64,000 nt of DNA from an uncultured Collinsella sp. GTDB taxonomy: Bacteria > Actinomycetota > Coriobacteriia > Coriobacteriales > Coriobacteriaceae. A model generated the notes under the pieces. That model saw only the letters and a list, made by a program, of their open reading frames with translations. It did not search any database and was not told the origin of the DNA. Position 1 is the first letter of the stretch. Every line of letters starts with the position of its first letter. This document shows, in pieces, positions 20,310-30,246 of the stretch. The DNA lies in contig CAAFGG010000048.1 in NCBI GenBank assembly GCA_900762325.1, positions 19,528-83,527 of the forward strand. Direction: 5' to 3'. The translations under genes were made by a program, and so were the position numbers.

Positions 20310-20651
20310 ATGAATATTCAAATCTTCGGCACCAAGAAGTCCTTCGATACCAAGAAGGCTCAGCGCTATTTTAAGGAACGCCGCATTAAGGTGCAGTTTA
20401 TCGACCTTAAGGAAAAGGAGATGAGCAAGGGCGAGCTTACGAGCGTAATGCAGGCGGTCGGCGGCATCGACAAGCTGCTCAACCCCAAGGCCAAGGACGA
20501 GGAGACGCTCGCGCTCATCCAGCACCTCACCCCCAGTCAGCGCTTCGATATACTGCTCGAGAATCAGCAGGTCTTGGCCGAGCCCATCGTGCGCAACGGC
20601 AAAAAGGCCACCGTCGGCTATTGCCCTGATGTATGGGGAGCCTGGGAGTAG
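20310..20651 (+). CDS. ArsC/Spx family protein
   Basis: IQIFGTKKSFDTKKAQRYFKER..PIVRNG; no N-terminal Cys. Confidence 0.8.
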   Translation: MNIQIFGTKKSFDTKKAQRYFKERRIKVQFIDLKEKEMSKGELTSVMQAVGGIDKLLNPKAKDEETLALIQHLTPSQRFDILLENQQVLAEPIVRNGKKATVGYCPDVWGAWE

Positions 20652-20737
20652 CCTGTGTTATTTGCCAGCGCGTGGGTATAAGAGCAGGCGTTTGGCATAA
20701 GATTTAACTGTAAGCCATGTCTAACAAAGGAGGGCAC

Positions 20738-21868
20738 ATGCCCAACAGACCCGTGAAGATCATCATGCTTACCGGATACCTCGGTGCCGGCAAGACCACG
20801 CTGCTCAACCACATCCTCGCTAACGACGGCGGCATCCGTGCCGCCGTGATCGTCAACGATATCGGCGAGATCAATGTGGACGCCAGCCTTATCGCCGACG
20901 GCGGCCTTTCCGAGACCGACGACCTCATCCCGCTCACCAACGGCTGCATCTGCTGTACGCTTTCGGACGACCTTGCTAACCAGCTGCAGGGCATCGCCGA
21001 TTCGGGCAACTTCGACTACATCATCATCGAGGCTTCGGGCATTTGCGAGCCTATCCCCATCGCCTACACCATCTCGAGCTTCTGCGACGAGGCCAAGGTG
21101 GGCGGCGAGCCCAAGCTCGCGCTCGACAACATCGTGGTTGTAGTCGACTGCGCCCGCATGTACGACGAGTTTAACGGCGGTCGCGACCTACTGGCCGAGG
21201 ATATCGACGAGGACGACATCGAGAGCCTGCTCATCCAGCAGATCGAGTTCTGCTCCACGTTGATCCTCAATAAGACCGATACCGTGACGCCCGAGCAGAT
21301 TGCCGAGCTCAAGGCCATCGTGCGCAGCCTGCAGAAGGACGCCGTGATTGTCGAGGCTCAAAACGGCGAGGTCCCCATGGAGGAGCTGCTCGATACCGAC
21401 CGCTTCGACTTTATGCGCGCCTACAACTCCGCCGCCTGGATCGAGGCCATGGAACATCCCGAGGAGCACGACGACCCCGAGGTGCTCGAGTACGACATCG
21501 AGACCTTTGTTTACTCGCGCCGCAAGCCGTTTGACCTGCAGAAGTTCACCGATTTTGTTGAGCAGGAGTGGCCCGACGAGGTTATTCGCGTCAAGGGTCC
21601 GCTGTGGCAGACCGGCGATCCGGACATGTGCTACATGTTTGAGCAGGCCGGCCACCAGATGCGTCTGATGGAGAACGGCCTGTTCGTTGACTCCGCGCCC
21701 GAGAGCGAGAAGCAGAAGATCATCGACGAGAACCCCGAGATCATGCAGATTTGGGACGACGAGACGGGCGACCGCATGACGAGCCTGTGCATTATCGGCC
21801 GTCACATGGACAAGGATGCGCTCATCGCCTCCCTCGATGCCTGCCTGACCGACTGGCACCGCGCCTAG
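20738..21868 (+). CDS. COG0523/CobW-family metallochaperone GTPase
   Basis: GYLGAGKTT, NGCICC, EASG, NKTD. Confidence 0.92.
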   Translation: MPNRPVKIIMLTGYLGAGKTTLLNHILANDGGIRAAVIVNDIGEINVDASLIADGGLSETDDLIPLTNGCICCTLSDDLANQLQGIADSGNFDYIIIEASGICEPIPIAYTISSFCDEAKVGGEPKLALDNIVVVVDCARMYDEFNGGRDLLAEDIDEDDIESLLIQQIEFCSTLILNKTDTVTPEQIAELKAIVRSLQKDAVIVEAQNGEVPMEELLDTDRFDFMRAYNSAAWIEAMEHPEEHDDPEVLEYDIETFVYSRRKPFDLQKFTDFVEQEWPDEVIRVKGPLWQTGDPDMCYMFEQAGHQMRLMENGLFVDSAPESEKQKIIDENPEIMQIWDDETGDRMTSLCIIGRHMDKDALIASLDACLTDWHRA

Positions 21869-21907
21869 GTTTATCGAAGCGGGCATTTTTCCGCCTACGT
21901 AACCGCC

Positions 21908-21942
21908 AAACCACCACGAAGGTACCCTTCGTGGTGGTTTTT
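21908..21942 (+). terminator. Intrinsic terminator
   Basis: aaaccaccacgaagg..ccttcgtggtggtttt. Confidence 0.8.
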
Positions 21943-21963
21943 CGTTCTGAGCCAAGGAGATTC

Positions 21964-22563
21964 ATGTTCAATATCGTGCTGTATGCGCCCGAGATTCCGG
22001 CCAATACAGGCAATATCGGCCGCACCTGCGTGGTCACCGGCGCCCGCCTGCATCTGGTGGAGCCGCTGGGGTTTTCGCTCGACGATAAGACGGTGCGTCG
22101 CGCCGGACTGGGCTACTGGCAAAACTTGGACGTGACGACCTATGCCGGCTGGAAGGATTTCCTTGCGCGCAACGGCCTCTCCCCTACCGACGAGCGTCTG
22201 CATCTGCTGACCAAAAAGGCGCGCAGAACCTATGCGCAAAGCACCTACCGCGACGGTGACTATTTGGTCTTTGGCAGCGAGAGCTCGGGTATTCCCGAGC
22301 CACTGCTTGCCACGGCGCCCGAGCGCTGCGAGCGCATCCCGATGCTGCGCGATTGCGATTCGCTTGACAACGCCGAGGCATGGGAAGCTCACGAGGAATC
22401 GCTGGGGCATACCGAGGACAGCCACGAGGTCATCCTTCAACAGGACATCTGCGGCAACTTCGTCAATCCCGACGACTACCGCATCAGCGCACTCAACCTC
22501 TCCAACAGCGCCGCCATCGTCCTCTACGAAGCCCTGCGCCAGGCAGGCTTTCCGAGCATGTGA
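21964..22563 (+). CDS. trmL: tRNA (cytidine(34)-2'-O)-methyltransferase
   Basis: PEIPANTGNIGRTC, RRAGL, FGSESSG, LNLSNS..YEALRQ. Confidence 0.9.
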   Translation: MFNIVLYAPEIPANTGNIGRTCVVTGARLHLVEPLGFSLDDKTVRRAGLGYWQNLDVTTYAGWKDFLARNGLSPTDERLHLLTKKARRTYAQSTYRDGDYLVFGSESSGIPEPLLATAPERCERIPMLRDCDSLDNAEAWEAHEESLGHTEDSHEVILQQDICGNFVNPDDYRISALNLSNSAAIVLYEALRQAGFPSM

Positions 22564-22588
22564 CAAAGGGACAGTCCCTTTGTCACAT
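22558..22588. repeat. REP-like palindrome family A
   Basis: atgtgacaaagggacagtccctttgtcacat. Confidence 0.9.
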
Positions 22589-22592
22589 TCGG

Positions 22593-25088
22593 TTATAGGT
22601 AGCGGCCGGTGATGCTTGCAGGGCAGGCCACGATGTCGCCCGGCGTGCCGGCGCAGACGATTTGCCCGCCCGCATCGCCACCGCCCGGGCCCATGTCGAT
22701 CACGTAATCGGCATTGCGGATAAGGTCGAGATCGTGTTCGATCACGATAACCGTGGCGCCCTTGGCAACAAGGCCGTCGAACACACTCAGCAACACCTGA
22801 ACATCGAGCGGATGCAGGCCAATCGTGGGCTCGTCAAATACGAATACGGCATCATCCTGCACGCGGCCCATCTCGCTCGCAAGCTTAAGACGCTGCGCCT
22901 CGCCGCCCGAGAGCGCCGGCGTGGGCTCACCGAGCGTGAGATAGCCCAAGCCCAGGTCGTGCAAGGTCTGCAAGCGCGCCTGGACTTTCTTGAGTCCCAC
23001 CGTGGCGTCGAGGGCCTCGTCCACACTCATGTCCATGAGCTGCGGCAACGTAAGCAAGCTCCCGTCCTTGCCCTCGCGATGGATATGCGAGGCGGCCTCG
23101 GCGTAGCGCGAACCACGGCATGCCGGGCAGATGATCTCGACGTCGGGCAAAAACTGCACGTCGAGCGATATCGAGCCCGTGCCGTCACACGTAGGGCAGC
23201 GCAAGGCGCCGGTGTTGTAGCTAAAGGCGCCCGCCTTGTAGCCGGCTGCCTTGGCCTCGGGCGTACGGGCGAAGGCGCGGCGCAGCTCATCATGGATGTC
23301 GGCATAAGTCGCTACCGTCGAGCGCACGTTGGCGCCGATGGGCGTAGCGTCAATCAGGTTTGCGCGGGCAATACCCTCGGCATCGACCCAACGCACGTGC
23401 CCCGGCAGGCGCTCGCCAGCTGCCTGCGCCTTGAGTGCCGGGATGAGCGTCTCGAGCACCAACGTCGTCTTGCCCGAACCCGAAACACCCGTAACCGCAA
23501 CCAAGCGACCGCGCGGGATATCGACTTCGAGCGGCTTGACGGTATGGATGGCATCGGTCGCCATGCGGATATGGCCCTGGTCGAACATTTCGTCGTCAGT
23601 CACCTGCGGACGCAAGCGCTTGGGCTCGGCGCGCAAAAACGGCGCGATGCGACTGCTCTGCGATTGCTCGACCTCGTCTACCGTACCAGCGGCGATCACA
23701 TTGCCGCCGCCTGCTCCGGCAACGGGGCCCATCTCGACCAGATAGTCGGCTTCCGCCAGCACACGTGTATCGTGGTCGACAACAACCACGGTGTTGCCGT
23801 CATCCACCAGATCGCGCATCACGCCCACCAAGCCGTCGACATTGGCGGGATGCAAGCCGATCGAAGGCTCGTCCAGCACATAAAGCACGCCCGTCGATCG
23901 GTTGCGCACCACGCGAGCAAGCTGCACGCGCTGGCGCTCACCCGTGGAGAGCGTGGCACCGGCGCGATCGAGCGAAAGGTAATCGAGGCCCAGGTCGACC
24001 AGACGACGGGCAGCGCCCAAAAATGAATCGCAGATATCCGCTGCCATGGGCTGCATCTCGGGCGGCAAGGATGCGGGCACTCCGCGCACCCACTCAATCG
24101 CCTCGCCCAGCGTCATGGCCGCGGCCTGCGCCAGATTGATACCGCGCACCTGGGGCTGGCGCGCGGCCTCGGAGAGACGCGTGCCGCCACAGTCACGGCA
24201 TGGCCCCTCGCGCAAAAAGCGTGCAACGCGTTTGAGGCCCTTATCGTCCTTAACCTTGGCGAGCGCATTCTCAACGGTATAGACGGCGTTGTAATAGGTA
24301 AAGTCGAGCGGCGTGGCGCCCTCGCCGTTTTTGGGAACGTAGAGAATGTGCTTCTTAACCGCCGGGCCGTGGAACACGATATCGCGCTCTTGAGGCGTAA
24401 GCTGGTTAAACGGCACATCGGTGCGCACGCCCATCTCGCCGGCTACCTGCTTCATCAGATCCCACATGAGCGTACCCCAGGGAAGCACTGCGCCCTCGTT
24501 GATGGTCTTTGACTCGTCGGGCACCAGGCTCGCCTCGTCCACCTCGCGCATGACACCGGTGCCGCCACAGGTGGGACACGCACCGCCGCTGTTAAAGGCA
24601 AGGTCCTCGGCACTCGGCGCGTAGAACTCGCGACCGCATGCAGGGCACGTGAGCGACAGGCCTGCGGCAACGTTAAGACTCGGCTCCACGCGCGCCCCAC
24701 AGTGCGGGCACACGTGATGGGCGCAACGGCTAAAGAGCAGGCGCAGGCTGTTGTTGAGCTCGGTCATGGTACCAAAGGTCGAGCGCACGCCCGGCACGCT
24801 GGGGCGCTGATGCAATGCGAGCGCCGCCGGCACGTGCAATACCTCATCCACCTGAGCGTGCTCGGCCTGCGTCAGGCGACGTCGAGTATAGGTGCTGAGC
24901 GCCTCCAGGTAACGACGCGAGCCCTCGGCATAAAGAACCCCCAGTGCCAGCGAACTCTTGCCCGAACCCGACACGCCGGCAATACCCACCAGCTTTCCCA
25001 GCGGAATATCGATATCGATGTCCTTGAGGTTATGGACGCGCGCGCCACGCACCTCGATAGCTTGCGGACTCATCTTCTGTTCCGTCAT
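22593..25088 (-). CDS. UvrA-like ABC ATPase (short, class II / DrrC-type)
   Basis: Two GVSGSGK Walker A, LSTGE/LSGGE signatures, CxxC Zn fingers; ~830 aa. Confidence 0.9.
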   Translation of the reverse strand: MTEQKMSPQAIEVRGARVHNLKDIDIDIPLGKLVGIAGVSGSGKSSLALGVLYAEGSRRYLEALSTYTRRRLTQAEHAQVDEVLHVPAALALHQRPSVPGVRSTFGTMTELNNSLRLLFSRCAHHVCPHCGARVEPSLNVAAGLSLTCPACGREFYAPSAEDLAFNSGGACPTCGGTGVMREVDEASLVPDESKTINEGAVLPWGTLMWDLMKQVAGEMGVRTDVPFNQLTPQERDIVFHGPAVKKHILYVPKNGEGATPLDFTYYNAVYTVENALAKVKDDKGLKRVARFLREGPCRDCGGTRLSEAARQPQVRGINLAQAAAMTLGEAIEWVRGVPASLPPEMQPMAADICDSFLGAARRLVDLGLDYLSLDRAGATLSTGERQRVQLARVVRNRSTGVLYVLDEPSIGLHPANVDGLVGVMRDLVDDGNTVVVVDHDTRVLAEADYLVEMGPVAGAGGGNVIAAGTVDEVEQSQSSRIAPFLRAEPKRLRPQVTDDEMFDQGHIRMATDAIHTVKPLEVDIPRGRLVAVTGVSGSGKTTLVLETLIPALKAQAAGERLPGHVRWVDAEGIARANLIDATPIGANVRSTVATYADIHDELRRAFARTPEAKAAGYKAGAFSYNTGALRCPTCDGTGSISLDVQFLPDVEIICPACRGSRYAEAASHIHREGKDGSLLTLPQLMDMSVDEALDATVGLKKVQARLQTLHDLGLGYLTLGEPTPALSGGEAQRLKLASEMGRVQDDAVFVFDEPTIGLHPLDVQVLLSVFDGLVAKGATVIVIEHDLDLIRNADYVIDMGPGGGDAGGQIVCAGTPGDIVACPASITGRYL

Positions 25089-25098
25089 CTTTATCACC

Positions 25099-26217
25099 CT
25101 ACTCATGCCATAAAACTCGATCGCGAATGTACTCGCCCAGCATGGGCACGGTAAACCGGACGAGACCGTATCCGGCAGCCTCGATGACGCGCTCGCGAAT
25201 CAGGCTTGCGCGATATTTGCTCGCCCAGCTTTGGGTGCGGTCGCAGCGGTCAATGATGTCCGCCATGCGCGTCGGCTTGTCCTCGTCAACCGCCATGGCC
25301 TCGATAAAGAGGCGCTGAGGGCTGCGCAGACCGTAATACAGAGGTGCGTCAACCGCTTCGTAGAACTCGGAGACGGCATCCGCATGGCCATTCTCGACAT
25401 CGCGCCTTTCGATGACCTGCGAGCCACGCCGGACAGCAGACCGCCACATGTAATAGCCCACCAGCTGAACCATATAGGGATGCCCCATGCTCTTGCGCGC
25501 CGCAAGGTCCGCCGTCTCCGCGTCAACGTAAAGACCAGCGTCTTTGATCGTCTGGATATACGAATCGCGCACTTTGGGCAAAGATATTGCCCCCAACGTA
25601 CGCTGCTGGGCACGCCGCAAAAACGTCACGCTCGGCTCTTCGAGCAGATCGTCAACCATACTGGGCAAGCCGGCGAACGCCAGCGCAAGACCGCGCTGGT
25701 CGCTATCGGGCAAGCCCGTGGCATCCTGGTCTCCGAGCACCTGCTGATAGAGGACGGCAAGAGCCGCCAGTTCCTCGATAGACACCGATTGTGCCTCGTC
25801 AATCGCAAACAAGACGCCCTTGCCCGGACCGAGCTTCTTGAGACGCTCGTTGACCAGCCCTCGCAATGTCTCGCCTTTTGCCCGCGCCGCCTCGACCGAC
25901 ATCCGGCCAAACGACGGCCCAAACTCCATTGACGTCACAACGGGTTTATTCGAGCGAAGCGCGTCGGCCAAGCGGTCGCACAAACCAAGCGAAGCGGAAT
26001 CGGAGACAACCGCCCATCCGCGCTCGCTGGCTAGACGTTGCAGCTCCCGCAGGAGAACCGTTTTGCCACAGCCGCGGTTTCCCGTAATGAGCATGAGCCT
26101 GCCCGGCGCTCCGGCGCCGTTGTCGAGCCCTTCCTCAAAATCTTCGATGACCGACTCGCGACCGATGAGTATCGGAGGCCGCTTACCAGCTGTGGGCTTA
26201 AAGGGATTTGGATTCAT
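25099..26217 (-). CDS. AAA+ (AAA_16-like) ATPase with probable C-terminal wHTH
   Basis: NPFKP..GRE, GNRGCGKT, IDEAQ, GHPY.VQLVGY. Confidence 0.8.
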   Translation of the reverse strand: MNPNPFKPTAGKRPPILIGRESVIEDFEEGLDNGAGAPGRLMLITGNRGCGKTVLLRELQRLASERGWAVVSDSASLGLCDRLADALRSNKPVVTSMEFGPSFGRMSVEAARAKGETLRGLVNERLKKLGPGKGVLFAIDEAQSVSIEELAALAVLYQQVLGDQDATGLPDSDQRGLALAFAGLPSMVDDLLEEPSVTFLRRAQQRTLGAISLPKVRDSYIQTIKDAGLYVDAETADLAARKSMGHPYMVQLVGYYMWRSAVRRGSQVIERRDVENGHADAVSEFYEAVDAPLYYGLRSPQRLFIEAMAVDEDKPTRMADIIDRCDRTQSWASKYRASLIRERVIEAAGYGLVRFTVPMLGEYIRDRVLWHE

Positions 26218-26250
26218 ATCGGCCTCCTCGGATTGGCAAACCCTGGTAAC

Positions 26251-26280
26251 AGTTATACCAACTTATACTGAGTTATACCA
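26251..26280. repeat. Three tandem 10-bp repeats upstream of the AAA ATPase
   Basis: agttatacca acttatactg agttatacca. Confidence 0.75.
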
Positions 26281-26285
26281 ATAGC

Positions 26286-26316
26286 ATGTGACAAAGGGGC
26301 TGTCCCTTTGTCACAT
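26286..26316. repeat. REP-like palindrome family A
   Basis: atgtgacaaaggggctgtccctttgtcacat. Confidence 0.9.
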
Positions 26317-28314
26317 GTGGCCGAAAAACTCGGCGTCTGCTGCTCGCCAGGGACGGAAGGTGGCGGGATCGATCTTTACGTGCGCTGCGGCGGGCACGTC
26401 ATACCATTTGACCGTGTAGCCGGCGCCATGAGAGCAAAAGACCGAGTCGGGTGTGTTGGGCAGATCGGCCTCGGGCTCATAGGCGGCCGTCTCGATTACG
26501 CGCTCGGCATCATGGCAAGCCGCATAACCGGCGAACTCCAGGTACAGATGACCGCGCCCGCTCGTGTAGGCAGCCACCTCCAGCGCGTAATCCTGCACCT
26601 CGGATGCCGGCACGCGACCCACAAGCTTCGCTCGGTCTCCCGCCATCGTCGGCGGCTCGTACTCGGCACCCATGCGTGTGGCATCTGACAACGCCCGGCC
26701 CACGCACTCCCCCGGCACCTCGAGCTCAAAGTGGTACCACGGCTCCAGCAACACGTCTGCGCCGACCTCGCGCGCCTGCATAAAACCCTGGCGAATCGCG
26801 CGATACGTGGCCTGGCGAAAATCGCCGCCCTCGGTGTGTTTGGCATGCGCGCGGCCGCCCGTGAGCGTAATGCGCACATCGGTGATGGGCGAGCCCGTCA
26901 GCACGCCCAGGTGGTCGCGCTCCATAGCGTTGGTGAGTGCCAAACGCTGCCAGTTAAGATCGAGCTCGTCGGTCGAGGTCACGGTGCCAAACTGCACACC
27001 CGAACCCGCCGGCAACGGCTCCAGGCGCAGATGCACCTCGGCATAGTGGCGCAGCGGCTCAAAGTGGCCCACGCCCTCGACCGGCCGCGAAATAGTCTCC
27101 TTATAGAGAATGCCGCCGGGCTCAAACGCAACCGAAAGGCCAAAGCGATCGGCCAACACCCGCTGCACGACCTCGAGTTGCACGGCGCCCATCAACTGCA
27201 AATGGATCTGCTCAAGATGCGTATTCCAGCTTACGCCGAGCATGGGATCTTCGTCCGCCAACTCACTCAGCGCTTTAAACACCGCATGAACGTCGTGTTC
27301 GCCCGGCAGCACCGTATAGGTGAGGACCGGAGCGATGACGGGCGCATCGCCCGCGGGCTCTGTGCCCAGGGCGTCCCCTGGGCGAACGTGCGCAAGACCC
27401 GTCACGGCGCAAATACCGCCAGCAGCAACTTCTTGGGCAAGCTCATACTTCTCGCCGTTATAGATGCGTACCTGATCGACCTTCTGTTCCCACGCCTCGG
27501 CACTGGAATGCCCGCTGATCATCTGTTTTGCGCGCAGCGTGCCGCCGGTCACTTTAACCCAAGCCAAGCGCTCGCCACGATCCCCGCGGCTGACACGATA
27601 GACGCGCGCGGCAAACTCCGGGAGCCACGCCTGCTCACGCATCAGCGCGCATATACCATCCAGTAGCTCGTCAACGCCTTGGTCCTTGAGCGCCGAGCCG
27701 GCAAAGCAGGGAAAGAGCTTGCGCTCGGCAACCATGCGCGACAGCGTTGCGACAGAAAGCTCACCCGCTTCAAGAAACTCCTCGAGCGCCGCTTCGTCCA
27801 ACGCAGCAGCGTCCTCCTGAACGGCGCCGCCCGCCAGCAGCTCGTTGGCATCCAGGCAGCCCTCGGAAAGACGCTGCCCGAGTTGTGCCAGCAAAACATC
27901 GCGGCCGGGATTCTCCAAATCGATCTTGTTGATGAAGATGAACGTCGGGATGTCATAGCGTGCAAGCAGGCGCCACAGGGTTTCGGTGTGCCCCTGCACG
28001 CCATCGTTGGCGCCCACCACCAGAATCGCGTAGTCCAGGGCACGCAGTGTGCGCTCCGCCTCGGCAGAAAAATCGACATGGCCGGGAGCATCCACGAGCA
28101 TGACGTGGGTATCGCCGTGGTCGAGCACGGCCTGCGACGAGAAAATCGTGATGCCGCGCTCGCGCTCGATCGTGTTAGTGTCCAGATGCGAATCGCCATC
28201 GTCCACGCGGCCACGCTTGCGAATGCGGCCCGCGTTGAACAGCATGGCCTCGGCCAACGTGGTCTTGCCGGCATCGACATGCGCCAAGATTCCAACGACC
28301 GCTTGCTTCGACAT
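26311..28314 (-). CDS. EF-G/TetM-like translation factor GTPase
   Basis: AHVDAGKTT, ERERGITI, DAPGHVDF, NKID, GHFEPLRHYAEV. Confidence 0.88.
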   Translation of the reverse strand: MSKQAVVGILAHVDAGKTTLAEAMLFNAGRIRKRGRVDDGDSHLDTNTIERERGITIFSSQAVLDHGDTHVMLVDAPGHVDFSAEAERTLRALDYAILVVGANDGVQGHTETLWRLLARYDIPTFIFINKIDLENPGRDVLLAQLGQRLSEGCLDANELLAGGAVQEDAAALDEAALEEFLEAGELSVATLSRMVAERKLFPCFAGSALKDQGVDELLDGICALMREQAWLPEFAARVYRVSRGDRGERLAWVKVTGGTLRAKQMISGHSSAEAWEQKVDQVRIYNGEKYELAQEVAAGGICAVTGLAHVRPGDALGTEPAGDAPVIAPVLTYTVLPGEHDVHAVFKALSELADEDPMLGVSWNTHLEQIHLQLMGAVQLEVVQRVLADRFGLSVAFEPGGILYKETISRPVEGVGHFEPLRHYAEVHLRLEPLPAGSGVQFGTVTSTDELDLNWQRLALTNAMERDHLGVLTGSPITDVRITLTGGRAHAKHTEGGDFRQATYRAIRQGFMQAREVGADVLLEPWYHFELEVPGECVGRALSDATRMGAEYEPPTMAGDRAKLVGRVPASEVQDYALEVAAYTSGRGHLYLEFAGYAACHDAERVIETAAYEPEADLPNTPDSVFCSHGAGYTVKWYDVPAAAHVKIDPATFRPWRAADAEFFGHM

Positions 28315-28500
28315 GGCTCTCCTCTTATTGCAAGCCCATCGCACGCGGCAACGGGCGTTCACGCTCCACACTGGATGATACAATTTACGGGCCGGTGGGC
28401 GAAGCGGGCCCTATCCCCCGACCGAGCTCATCGCCCTGCGTTGCCGCGCGGCGATTTTCGTAGGTTCGCGCCTTGCGAAAGCCGGCTTGCAAAACAGTCA

Positions 28501-28540
28501 GCGAACGAAAATGGCCCCACCCGGGGCCATTTTCGTTCGT
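28501..28540. terminator. Long hairpin / terminator
   Basis: gcgaacgaaaatggcccc-accc-ggggccattttcgttcgt. Confidence 0.75.
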
Positions 28541-28567
28541 GCAAATTGTTGACACGCGTCCCCGCTC

Positions 28568-29059
28568 TTATGCCTCACGCAGCCAGTCAAACGCCACGCG
28601 CGGGGTGCCGTCGGACACATACACGATGCCGGCGCGCTCAAACCCCGCCTTAATACTCGCACCCTGCATGGGCAGGTTATCCTGATGCGTGTCGATACGC
28701 AGGTGATCGGCACGCTCTTTGGCAAAGGCAAACATCGCGGCCGCGATACCGTGCGCGGTGCCGTCGGACGCCACACGGTGCAGCACGGCGTACGGAGTGT
28801 CGCTGCGCCATTGCCCGTCCTCAATTACGTCATAGCACTCGTCCGGGCCCGGTAAAAAGGCAAACGTCGCCACCACGCGGCCGTCGACTTCACACACATA
28901 GCTGCCACCGGCGGCGATATCGGCAGCCAGCTGCTCGGCAGAAGGCGTGCCCTCGGGCCACTGCGTGGCGTTGCCATGCGCGCGCATAAAGGCGCGGGCC
29001 GTGTCATAGATAGCCATGACGGCGGGAATGTCGGTATCGAGGGTTTTTCTGATCATCAC
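28568..29059 (-). CDS. GNAT family acetyltransferase
   Basis: GNATQW, LHRVAS, RIDTHQDNLPMQ, GF..G. Confidence 0.88.
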   Translation of the reverse strand: MMIRKTLDTDIPAVMAIYDTARAFMRAHGNATQWPEGTPSAEQLAADIAAGGSYVCEVDGRVVATFAFLPGPDECYDVIEDGQWRSDTPYAVLHRVASDGTAHGIAAAMFAFAKERADHLRIDTHQDNLPMQGASIKAGFERAGIVYVSDGTPRVAFDWLREA

Positions 29060-29133
29060 GCGGCGACCTCACGTTTATTGGTATCACTTTGATTGGGCAA
29101 TGATACCAGCGTTTGGAGAGGGGCACGAAGCAG

Positions 29134-29430
29134 ATGGGGAGCAAAAAGCGAGCCGCTTGGTCAAAAGCCAAAAGCGAGTTTTTGGGCGCTGCCACGGGCG
29201 GCGATATGAGCGACCTGTTTGCGCGCGAAGACGAGCGCCGCGACGCCCTGAACGCCGAGCGCGACGAGGCCTGGCGCTACAAATCGTGCGAACGCAAAAA
29301 CCGTTACGACACGCGCGCCGAGGCCGAGGCAGTTATGGCCGACTGCGAAAGCCGCGGGCGGCGCGGTTTGGCCTGCTACAAATGCGAATACTGCGGCGGC
29401 TGGCACCTGACATCGCACCCTTGGAAATAG
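29134..29430 (+). CDS. Small hypothetical protein with CxxC..H motif
   Basis: SCERKNRYDT..YKCEYCGGWHLTS. Confidence 0.75.
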   Translation: MGSKKRAAWSKAKSEFLGAATGGDMSDLFAREDERRDALNAERDEAWRYKSCERKNRYDTRAEAEAVMADCESRGRRGLACYKCEYCGGWHLTSHPWK

Positions 29431-29478
29431 GCACCGCATCGGCACGGCACCGACGGAGCGCCAACCATCGCACGCAAG

Positions 29479-30183
29479 CTACGGGCGCGGCGGCACCAAG
29501 ACATCGTAACGAACGGCCTTGCCCGCAAGTTGATAGCTCGGCTTAACACCGGCAAGCAGTGGCCCCTTCACCGGCCGCTTGATAACCAACTTGCGCGGGT
29601 GCACCGCAAGCGCAGCCTCAACCAGCGTCTCCTCATCGGCGCACGGCTGCTCCAGATGGTGCAAGAGTTGGAATTTCTTTTTAACCGCCGCGCTCTTGGT
29701 GCGTCCGGGAAACATGGGGTCCAGATACACCACGTCGGGAGCGGTGAGCTCGCCCCGCCCGATCAGCTCAGCTGTATGGTAAAGGCCGGCAATGCTGTCC
29801 TCGCCCGCATGTAAGCGCATGCGCGCCACGGCTGTCGCAAGCGCCGGATCATCTGCCGCGCGATCCAAAGCATCCTTGAGGAGCGCCGCGATCACGCAAT
29901 CCTGCTCATACAGATCGACGGTAAAGCCCGCGGCCGCCAGCAGCAGCGAATCCTCGCCAAAGCCTGCCGTGGCGTCAATCGCCCATGGGCTCTCGATGCC
30001 TTTTGCGCGCGCAGCCTTTACCAGCAGTTCTTGCTGCAGACGGCCCTGCTTGAGCCGTGGAAGCATGCGGCCAAAATCGGCACGCAGCTCCATCGTGCCG
30101 TCGGTGAGTGTGAGGCCCTCGGACTTCCCGATCAGCTCAAGCCCCGCGGACCGAGCAACAGAAAAGGGATCGACGACGCCCAT
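29479..30183 (-). CDS. rsmJ: RsmJ-like 16S rRNA SAM methyltransferase
   Basis: DATAGFGEDS, VYLDPMFP, VIKRP, RYDV. Confidence 0.8.
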   Translation of the reverse strand: MGVVDPFSVARSAGLELIGKSEGLTLTDGTMELRADFGRMLPRLKQGRLQQELLVKAARAKGIESPWAIDATAGFGEDSLLLAAAGFTVDLYEQDCVIAALLKDALDRAADDPALATAVARMRLHAGEDSIAGLYHTAELIGRGELTAPDVVYLDPMFPGRTKSAAVKKKFQLLHHLEQPCADEETLVEAALAVHPRKLVIKRPVKGPLLAGVKPSYQLAGKAVRYDVLVPPRP

Positions 30184-30246
30184 GGGTACTCCTTAGCAAG
30201 CAAAACGAATACGTGAGCACCGTTTGTGTCGGCACCCAACCGTCCG

